A DNA stretch of 64,000 bases, from contig CBDCTZ010000015.1 of the NCBI GenBank assembly GCA_965222375.1, positions 1,344,001 through 1,408,000 of the forward strand. Direction: 5' to 3'. This DNA comes from Polyangiaceae bacterium (GTDB lineage Bacteria; Myxococcota_A; Polyangia; Polyangiales; Polyangiaceae). Shown here piece by piece: positions 28,590 through 36,053 of this stretch (position 1 is the first letter of the stretch; each line of letters opens with the position of its first letter). The translations under genes and the position numbers were made by a program. The notes below the pieces were generated by a model. That model was not told the origin of the DNA, did no database searches, and saw nothing but the letters and a program-made list of their open reading frames with translations.

Positions 28590-29696
28590 ATGTCTTTGAA
28601 GTTTCGTATCCTGCTGCCGCTGGCTCTGTGTTCCCTTCTCGCGTGTTCCGCGGAAGACAGCGGCCCCACTGGCGCCGGCAGCGGCGCTGCGGCGGGGGGC
28701 GCCGGGGGCGCTGCCGCGGGAGGTACTGCGGCGGCGGGCACGTCAGGCGCCGCGGGTATCGGAGGCGCGCCGGGTGGCGGAGGGAGCACCAGCGGACCCG
28801 GCCCGGACAGCGAACACACGTTCCCGCTGCCCCCAGCAACGGGCAAACATCCGGTATTCGAGGCGTTGGCCCCGACGGCCCATCGTGCCCACGCCCTGCG
28901 CAGCCAGCCCGAGCTCGACGGCCGCAGCATGGGCAATGCCAAACGACACGCGGCAGACTGGGTCCCAAATCCGAACGTGCTGTACGAGTCCGACATCGAC
29001 GCCGCCGTCATGTACTCTCGCGTTGGCTCCGACGGCGTGCCGTTGATTCAGCAGCTCAAGATCCCGGTCCGGATTGAAAAGCCCACCGGCGGCCAGGTTT
29101 GGATCATCGCCTACGACTTGTGGCTCGGGCCCGAGATATCGACGATCTACCGAGACGTTCTCAAAGAGAATGGTGGAACCAAGTTCTTCCACGTTCGAGG
29201 CAGCGACGGAACCTATGGCGACTACAAGGATGGGATTTGGAAGACCCACCTCAACATCCGCGTGAAAGACCCTGGGCCCGACATCGGCTTCGCTTCGATG
29301 CAGATGTCAAGGGAGCATGTTGGCGACAACGTCACCAACGTCGAGCCGCTGCAGCCGGCAGCGTGGACGACGCACCGGCTGATTCCGGGTGTGTGGCACA
29401 GATTCGTCTACCGCTACACGGAACAGCTACCGGTAGATGATGCCGTGAGCCTGTTCGACTGCTGGCTCGTCGACGAAAGCCGACCTGCAACCCAGGTGCA
29501 CCAGGGCTTGAAGGTCCGCATGCCCTGGTCGGAAGCTCGCCAGCAGGGCGCCCGCTATGCACAGGTGCTGCAAGCCTGGAAAACGACGATGCCGCAAGAG
29601 CTGCGGGTGGCGCTCCGTAACATGTTGGTCCTCAAGAACCCATCCCAGGCGGACCTCGACTTGCTGCTCTCCGGGGGCTTTGGGCCCAAGCAGTAG
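28590..29696 (+). CDS. Hypothetical lipoprotein, paralogue of 24687..25688
   Basis: GGAGG RBS; LLAC lipobox; Gly linker; FEALxPxAHR..ALRSQ through LRNxxVLKNP domain. Confidence 0.75.
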   Translation: MSLKFRILLPLALCSLLACSAEDSGPTGAGSGAAAGGAGGAAAGGTAAAGTSGAAGIGGAPGGGGSTSGPGPDSEHTFPLPPATGKHPVFEALAPTAHRAHALRSQPELDGRSMGNAKRHAADWVPNPNVLYESDIDAAVMYSRVGSDGVPLIQQLKIPVRIEKPTGGQVWIIAYDLWLGPEISTIYRDVLKENGGTKFFHVRGSDGTYGDYKDGIWKTHLNIRVKDPGPDIGFASMQMSREHVGDNVTNVEPLQPAAWTTHRLIPGVWHRFVYRYTEQLPVDDAVSLFDCWLVDESRPATQVHQGLKVRMPWSEARQQGARYAQVLQAWKTTMPQELRVALRNMLVLKNPSQADLDLLLSGGFGPKQ

Positions 29697-29703
29697 GCGG
29701 AGA

Positions 29704-30459
29704 TCACAGCCAGTAGCGGGCGCCCAGGGCGACGGTAATGCCCACGCCGATCAGCACGACCACGCTGCGCACTCCGGCTGGGCTGACGCGCTGGGCGAGG
29801 CGAGCTCCGCCATAGCCGCCAGCGGCCGCGCACAGCGCCATGACCCCCGCGGCCTGCAGTTGTGCCGCGCCCTGAACCAGGAAGTAGACCGCCGCGATGC
29901 CATTGATGGTGCCCACGACCAAGCTTTTCACGGCATTCATGCGGTGAATGGACATGCTGCGCAGCAGTCCCAGCAGCGCCAGGGTGATGATGCCCATACC
30001 GGCGCCGAAGTAGCCGCCATAGACGGCTGCGACGGCAAGCAGGCTGGCCACGGCGGCTGTGCGGCCTCGACCCGCGCGCCCGGTACCCGCTCCGGCCCAG
30101 CGCTGAACCCGATCTTGGAACAGCAGGGTCACGGTCGCGAGCAGCACCAGCCAGGGCACCAACCAGGTAAACACCCGCTCCGACGTCAGCAGGAGCAGCG
30201 CGGCACCAGCGACGGAGCCGGCGGCGGACACGACACTGAGCAGCGCCGCGACCCGGGCGTTGTCACCCAATTCGCGGCGGTAGCCGAAGGCGGCGCCGAG
30301 CGAACCCGGGGTCATGGCCACGGTGTTGGTGGCGCTCGCGGCGATTGGCGACACGCCGAATGCGAGCAATGCGGGGAACGAGATCAGCGAGCCACCGCCG
30401 GCAACGGAGTTGATCGCGCCAGCTGCAAGCGCCGCTAGGCCCAGCCAAGCGAGGTCCAT
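29704..30459 (-). CDS. Sulfite exporter TauE/SafE family membrane protein
   Basis: AGAINSVAGGGSLISFPALL, ASATN, YGGYFGAGMG, MNAVK motifs; start MDLAWL. Confidence 0.9.
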   Translation of the reverse strand: MDLAWLGLAALAAGAINSVAGGGSLISFPALLAFGVSPIAASATNTVAMTPGSLGAAFGYRRELGDNARVAALLSVVSAAGSVAGAALLLLTSERVFTWLVPWLVLLATVTLLFQDRVQRWAGAGTGRAGRGRTAAVASLLAVAAVYGGYFGAGMGIITLALLGLLRSMSIHRMNAVKSLVVGTINGIAAVYFLVQGAAQLQAAGVMALCAAAGGYGGARLAQRVSPAGVRSVVVLIGVGITVALGARYWL

Positions 30460-30661
30460 CGGACTCAATGCCGACTCACTTCCGCTTGCTGCTTCGACAT
30501 GCGCCGCACCTGGCGGACGGTAAGAGATGCCGACAGCCTGCGCCAAGAGCTGTGGCCCCGGGAGCACTGGGTAATCGCGCAATTCGGTCGATTTCGCCGG
30601 CTGCGCATTGGACCGAGTTGGGATCCGGGCGTAACCTCCCGCCACTTGTGGGGAGGCTGAG

Positions 30662-31867
30662 GTGCGCTATGTGATCTGGATCGGGAGCGTCGCGGCGTCC
30701 GGACTGCTAGCTCTGGCGAGCTCTTGTTCGGCGAGTGACGCAAATGGGGGCAGCGCCAACACCGGTGGAGCGGGTGGCTCGGACGCGTCTGGCCTCGGCG
30801 GTTCGGGAGCGGCCGCCACGGGCGGCGCAGCAGGAGTGACCATTGATGCGGGCGTGAAAGACACCGGAAGCCCTGACGCTTGCGCTTCGATATCGGCGAA
30901 GGCCAATCGGCCGGAAGTCGACATCATCTGGGTCATCGATAACTCCAGCTCCATGTGGGACGAAATCGACAAGGTCCACAAGAACATCAATCAGGCCTTC
31001 GTGCCGATCATCGACAAGAGCATCCTCGACTGGCAGGTCATCATGATCAGCAAGCGCGGCTCGAAGCTTGGTGAGGTGTGCGTGCAGCCGCCTCTTGCCG
31101 GCGCCAACTGCGCGGACAATCCGCCCAAGTTCCATCAGATCAGTTGTGTGGTTGGAAGCAGTAGCTCCCTGTCGGTGGCCTTCTCTTCCTACAAGGGCAC
31201 CGTGAGCCCGCTGGTCTGTGATTCAGACGCGAAGCCCTGGAACAAGCTGGCGCGCTTCGATGCCACGAAGGTGTTCGTGGAGGTCACCGACGACGAGGCC
31301 GGACCAGCAACACAGTATATGACCGCTGGCGGCTTCGACTACTGGGCGCTGAACTCGGCGCAGCCCCCGGGCATGTTTGGGACCGAGGCCGCCCGGAAGT
31401 ACATATTTCACGCCATAGTTGGGATGGACAAGGCCAACCCGAGCGTCGTCTGCAAAAGCGGCGGCAACGAAGCCGAAGCCCCGGGGATCGAGTATCAGCA
31501 TCTGGCCAAGCTGACCGGCGGCATCACCCGCAGCATCTGCGAAGACGACTGGAGCGACATCTTCACGTCCATCGCCGGTGGCATCGTGAGCAGGCTCTCC
31601 TGCGAGTACGCGCCAACGCCGCCAGGCGGCCAGAGCTTGGACCCCAACCAGGTGAACGTGAGCTTCACGCCCGGCGGCGGGTCGCCCGAGGCGATCTTGC
31701 AGGATAACAACAAGCCCTGCGATCAAGGTGCCGACGGCTGGCAGTGGGATCCAACCAAGACCAGGATCCTGCTCTGCGGCGCGAGCTGCGACAAAGTCAA
31801 AGCGGACCTCGGCGGCCAAATCGACCTCGAATTCGGCTGCGCGACGAAGCTGGCACCGCCGCGCTGA
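30662..31867 (+). CDS. vWA-domain lipoprotein (paralogue 2)
   Basis: GGGAGG RBS; DIIWVIDNSSSM MIDAS, VEVTDDE; C-terminal LDPNQVNV..FGC domain. Confidence 0.85.
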   Translation: MRYVIWIGSVAASGLLALASSCSASDANGGSANTGGAGGSDASGLGGSGAAATGGAAGVTIDAGVKDTGSPDACASISAKANRPEVDIIWVIDNSSSMWDEIDKVHKNINQAFVPIIDKSILDWQVIMISKRGSKLGEVCVQPPLAGANCADNPPKFHQISCVVGSSSSLSVAFSSYKGTVSPLVCDSDAKPWNKLARFDATKVFVEVTDDEAGPATQYMTAGGFDYWALNSAQPPGMFGTEAARKYIFHAIVGMDKANPSVVCKSGGNEAEAPGIEYQHLAKLTGGITRSICEDDWSDIFTSIAGGIVSRLSCEYAPTPPGGQSLDPNQVNVSFTPGGGSPEAILQDNNKPCDQGADGWQWDPTKTRILLCGASCDKVKADLGGQIDLEFGCATKLAPPR

Positions 31868-32096
31868 TGTTCAGCCCGCTCACTAGCAACAGCACACGCG
31901 ACAAACGGGTTCGCCGGACCTTGTGCAAGGCGCCGTGGCTGGGCCGAGCTCCAACACCCAAAGCCGACCAATAGGGGCTCCTTCGCGTTGGTGCCGCAGC
32001 GCGTTATCGCACAATGTAGGTGCCTATTTTTCTTGCGTGGTCGTTGGACTGGGAGGGTTTCCGAGCGTAGCCTTCCGCCACCCACGGGAGGACGGG

Positions 32097-33365
32097 ATGC
32101 GCCATCGGATCTGGATCGGAAGCATTGCCGCGACGGGACTGGTGTCTCTCGCGATTTCTTGTTCGGCGACGAGCGACAACGAAAAGAACACCGGAGGCGG
32201 GGCAAACGCAGGCGGAACCGGCGGCAAGGGTGGTTCCGATGCAGCAATTGGCCTCGGTGGATCCGGCGCTTCCACCGGCGGCACGGGCGCGGTGACGATC
32301 GATGCGGGCATCAAGGACGCGGGCGATCCGGATGCCGCGTGCAACGTGATTTCGGCGAAGGCGAACAAGCCTGCCGTCGACATCATCTGGGTCGTCGACA
32401 ACTCCTGTTCTATGGGGGACGAGATCGACAAGGTCCGTACGAACATCAACCAAGCCTTCGTGCCGATCATCGACAAGAGTATCATCGACTGGCAGGTCAT
32501 CATGATCAGCAAGCGTGGCTCGAGTTCGCGGCAGGTGTGCGTTCAGCCGCCCCTGGCCGGCGCAAATTGCGCGGACCTGCCGCCGAAGTTTCATCAGATC
32601 AGCTGCGAAGTGGGCAGCAGCGACTCCCTGGTAATTGCGTCCAACTCCTACACGGTCACTCAAGGATTCCCACCCATCTGCGATCCGGATGCAAAACCCT
32701 GGAACAAGCTGGCACGCTTCGATGCCACCAAGGTGTTCGTAGAGGTCACAGACGACGAGGCTGCGCCATGGCCCTTGATGAACGCCGACGGCTTTGACAA
32801 CTGGGCGCTCAACATCGCAAAACCGCCTGGCGTCTTTGGCACCAAAACCGCTCGAAAGTACATCTTTCACGGCATCATCGGGATGGATAAGAACAACCCG
32901 AACGTTGCGTGCAACACCAGCACGGGCTCGGAGCCAGGCCCCGACGGTGGCCCAACGGGCAATGCGGCCGTCGCCCCGGGCTTGGAGTATCAGAAGCTCG
33001 CGAAGCTGACCGGCGGAATCACCCGCAGCATCTGCGAGACCGACTGGAACGACATCTTCAACACCATCGCTGCGGGCATCGTGAACAAGCTGTCTTGCGA
33101 GTACGTGCCCACACCGCCTGCGGGCAAGACCTTGGACCCCAACAAGGTGAACGTGAACTTCACGCCCAGCGGCGGGACGTCCCAGCCCATTTTGCAGGAC
33201 AACAACAAGCCCTGCGATCAAGGAGCCGACGGCTGGCAGTGGGATCCATCCAAGACCAAAATCCTGCTATGTGGCGCTACGTGCGACAAGGTCAAGGCAG
33301 ACGAGAACGGTCAGATCGACCTCGAGTTTGGCTGCGCCACGAAGGTGGTTCCGCCGCCGCGCTGA
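32097..33365 (+). CDS. vWA-domain lipoprotein (paralogue 3, tandem duplicate)
   Basis: GGGAGG RBS; DIIWVVDNSCSM; long stretches identical to 30662..31867. Confidence 0.85.
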   Translation: MRHRIWIGSIAATGLVSLAISCSATSDNEKNTGGGANAGGTGGKGGSDAAIGLGGSGASTGGTGAVTIDAGIKDAGDPDAACNVISAKANKPAVDIIWVVDNSCSMGDEIDKVRTNINQAFVPIIDKSIIDWQVIMISKRGSSSRQVCVQPPLAGANCADLPPKFHQISCEVGSSDSLVIASNSYTVTQGFPPICDPDAKPWNKLARFDATKVFVEVTDDEAAPWPLMNADGFDNWALNIAKPPGVFGTKTARKYIFHGIIGMDKNNPNVACNTSTGSEPGPDGGPTGNAAVAPGLEYQKLAKLTGGITRSICETDWNDIFNTIAAGIVNKLSCEYVPTPPAGKTLDPNKVNVNFTPSGGTSQPILQDNNKPCDQGADGWQWDPSKTKILLCGATCDKVKADENGQIDLEFGCATKVVPPPR

Positions 33366-35248
33366 TGCTCCGACGTCGGCGTCACTTCCTATTCGTCCAG
33401 TGCACTGCCGCGCTCTTGACGCTGAGCGCCGTGGGCTGCGGACCCGCACCGCGCCCAGCCAAGCGCGCCATGGTGGTGCCTCCAGCGCCACCGAAGCCCG
33501 CCGAGTCGGTACGTCTGTCCGCAGAGGCGCCGGCGGAGGCACTGATGTTCGTCGAGCATCTTCCCTCCGACGCCGTTGAAGCGTCGATCTTCGCAGTGAG
33601 CGGCGAGCGCGCGTCGCTTTCGGGCGGCCCCCTGCCGGCGGACCTCAGTCAGTTGCGGGTGGCCGGGGCCCCGGAGCACACGTTGTTGTACCTGGACTCG
33701 AGCCCCCTGCGCCTGACCCCCCGTCGACAAGAAGTGCGCGCGGTGGCGCTCAACTCCTTGCCCGCCGCGAGCGAAGCCCTGCGCCGGCTGGCCGACGCGG
33801 GAAACGCGACCTTGACCCGCGAAGGTCCGCTGACGCGAGTCTCACCGCGCTTTGGTCCAGATTGCTTGCTCGGCAAGAGCGCTGAAGGAGCGCGGCTCGT
33901 GTGCGGGCCGGACCCGGCGCTGCTTCGATCCGCGGGGCACCTGCTGGTGCGCAGGAACCAGCTGCCCCAGGCGGGGGCCACGACCAAGGTGTTGGCGAGC
34001 ATTCCGGTGCGACGCCTCCAAGAGCGATTCGGTTCGCTGCTCAGCAAGGGGCGCGCCCTGCTGCCGATCATGGCCAAATCGGAGCTGGAGCGGCGGGGTG
34101 GCACTGCCGCACGGCTGCTCGTCCCGGTCGTGGACGACCTGACGCGAGAGGGGCTCAGCTTGTTCGGAGATGCGGAGCGAGTCGATCTACGCGTGACCGA
34201 CGATGGCGGCAACGTGGAGGTCACGACTACCGTGCGGCTACGTGGCGCGAAGGGCTGGTTGGCCGGCTTTGCCCGGGACGTCGCAAACAAAAGGGGCGCC
34301 CGCGGAGCCTTCGACCAACTGCCGAACTCGGCGGAGCTTGCGCTATTCAGCGCCGCGCTTCCGGAGCGAGGCGCACGGGAAATGGAAGTGTTCGCCGCCA
34401 GATGGCTCAGAGCGGTGTTCGGGCCAGGTTATCGAGAGTCGACAGAACTGATAGCGAAGACGTTTCTGCCCGACGTAGGCTTCGCCTACGCCCACGGCGA
34501 CGCCTTGGGGCGGGACGCGCGTCCCATGGACTACGGCGGCGAGCGGATCCGAGACAAGACCCGCAGCGTGTGGGGTTGGCACGTTCTTACCTACGAAGAG
34601 GATCCCAAGGTGTACGCGCCGCTGCTCAAGCGCGGCATGGACACCTACAACAGCGGCGAGCTCCGCCGCCTCTCCTATGCGCAGCTGCCGCGGTTGTGCA
34701 AAGGCCTGCCCAAGATCACGACGGACCCGCCGCCCAAGGGATTGCCCATCGGCAGCCAGCGCTTCGCCATGACATTCTCCGGCAAGTTCTTCGACGCCTG
34801 CGCCGGTGGGCAGAGCGACGGGGTGCCGGCAAAGCCAACGGCGCTCGTCGTGTTGCTCGCGCCTCAGGCCTCGCGGAGCTGGATCGGGGTGTCCGCGGAC
34901 GAGGCCGGGCTAGTGAAACTGTTGAAGCAGTCTCTTTCCGGAGCCAGCACCCTGCAGTCACAGATTGAACTGAAGTCGTTGCGAGACCCCAATGCGCTGC
35001 TCGGTGGCTTCGTGACCCTGCGCGGAATGGCCGGCTTGCGGCGTAACGCGATGCAAGACGAACGGCGTGGTGGACGGCGTAGCCGGCTGGATCCACTTCC
35101 GAATCGAGGGCTGACAAAGATGCCTTGGAAGCTTGCGGTCGAAAAAGCTTCGCCGGCTGTCGTCACGGCCTGGCTTCGACTACCCAAGGGTGCAATGGAA
35201 GACATGCGGACGCTGCGTGAAGGCCGAAGAAGGTACCGCGGCTTCTGA
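33365..35248 (+). CDS. Hypothetical lipoprotein
   Basis: TGATG overlap with the upstream stop; SAVGC lipobox; 627 aa. Confidence 0.7.
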   Translation: MLRRRRHFLFVQCTAALLTLSAVGCGPAPRPAKRAMVVPPAPPKPAESVRLSAEAPAEALMFVEHLPSDAVEASIFAVSGERASLSGGPLPADLSQLRVAGAPEHTLLYLDSSPLRLTPRRQEVRAVALNSLPAASEALRRLADAGNATLTREGPLTRVSPRFGPDCLLGKSAEGARLVCGPDPALLRSAGHLLVRRNQLPQAGATTKVLASIPVRRLQERFGSLLSKGRALLPIMAKSELERRGGTAARLLVPVVDDLTREGLSLFGDAERVDLRVTDDGGNVEVTTTVRLRGAKGWLAGFARDVANKRGARGAFDQLPNSAELALFSAALPERGAREMEVFAARWLRAVFGPGYRESTELIAKTFLPDVGFAYAHGDALGRDARPMDYGGERIRDKTRSVWGWHVLTYEEDPKVYAPLLKRGMDTYNSGELRRLSYAQLPRLCKGLPKITTDPPPKGLPIGSQRFAMTFSGKFFDACAGGQSDGVPAKPTALVVLLAPQASRSWIGVSADEAGLVKLLKQSLSGASTLQSQIELKSLRDPNALLGGFVTLRGMAGLRRNAMQDERRGGRRSRLDPLPNRGLTKMPWKLAVEKASPAVVTAWLRLPKGAMEDMRTLREGRRRYRGF

Positions 35249-35318
35249 GCGGCGGAGCTAGCGGCTGCTCTTGATTTTGCTCGCAAACGCGAACCGGGCT
35301 ATTTGTGGTTCAGTCACG

Positions 35319-36047
35319 ATGCGTAGACTCTATGTATTTGCTTGCCTCGCTTTTGCCGCCTGCAGCGTTTCAAACGACTTGGACTCATTGAAGGGGGCTG
35401 CGGGCGCTTCCGGTCGGGCCGGTCAAGTCGGTGCCGACGCCTCGGCGGACGCGGGCTTGTGCGAGCGCAACGTCGACTGCAAAGGGTGCATCGCCTGTGA
35501 GGACTTCTGCAATTGCGCGGCGCCACTGAGCACAATCGACCTCTGCATCGCGGGCTGCAGCGACGGCGGCAGTACCGGTGGCGCCAGTTCCGGGGGCGCG
35601 GGCGGTGCGGCCTCCGGCGGTACGAGTTCGGGCGGCGCGAGTTCCGGTGGTGCAAGTTCGGGTGGTACGGGCGGCGCGTCGACAGGAGGCATCAGTTCCG
35701 GGGGCTCCGCGGGCAGTGGCGGCACAGGCGGGATCTCCTACGTCAACTGCGGTGCAATGGCATGTGCTGACAGCAACATCTGCTGCGCTACCAGCAAGCC
35801 GAGCTACAACTGCGTGCCGCCGGCAGCTTGCACGGAAGTGCCTGTCTTGTGCGAAGGTCCATCGACGTGCAAGATCGGCGAAACCTGCTGTGTTCGGCGT
35901 ACAGTCACCGACGCTGTGATCGAGGTCGTTTGCAAGAACAACTGCAGTGCTCCCGACAAGGTCGCCTGCGCCGAGTCCCCGAATATTTGCAGCGGCGGCG
36001 AGACGTGCACGCAGAGCAACATCGGCATCGTGAAGTACTGCGACTAG
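35319..36047 (+). CDS. Gly/Ser-linker Cys-rich lipoprotein
   Basis: FAAC lipobox; GGASS repeats; CEGPSTC..CC domain. Confidence 0.7.
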   Translation: MRRLYVFACLAFAACSVSNDLDSLKGAAGASGRAGQVGADASADAGLCERNVDCKGCIACEDFCNCAAPLSTIDLCIAGCSDGGSTGGASSGGAGGAASGGTSSGGASSGGASSGGTGGASTGGISSGGSAGSGGTGGISYVNCGAMACADSNICCATSKPSYNCVPPAACTEVPVLCEGPSTCKIGETCCVRRTVTDAVIEVVCKNNCSAPDKVACAESPNICSGGETCTQSNIGIVKYCD

Positions 36048-36053
36048 CCGCGA

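Larger units (their letters stand above)
18375..29752. mobile_element. Putative genomic island inserted in the tauE 3' end (no integrase inside)
   Basis: Flanked by the 49-bp duplicated gene end; contains only regulatory and accessory lipoprotein genes. Confidence 0.65.

Noticed and set aside
32909..33364. N-terminal extension of the 779-aa ORF
   Set aside because: It overlaps the vWA gene. The ATG at 33365 (TGATG coupling) gives a proper lipoprotein signal.
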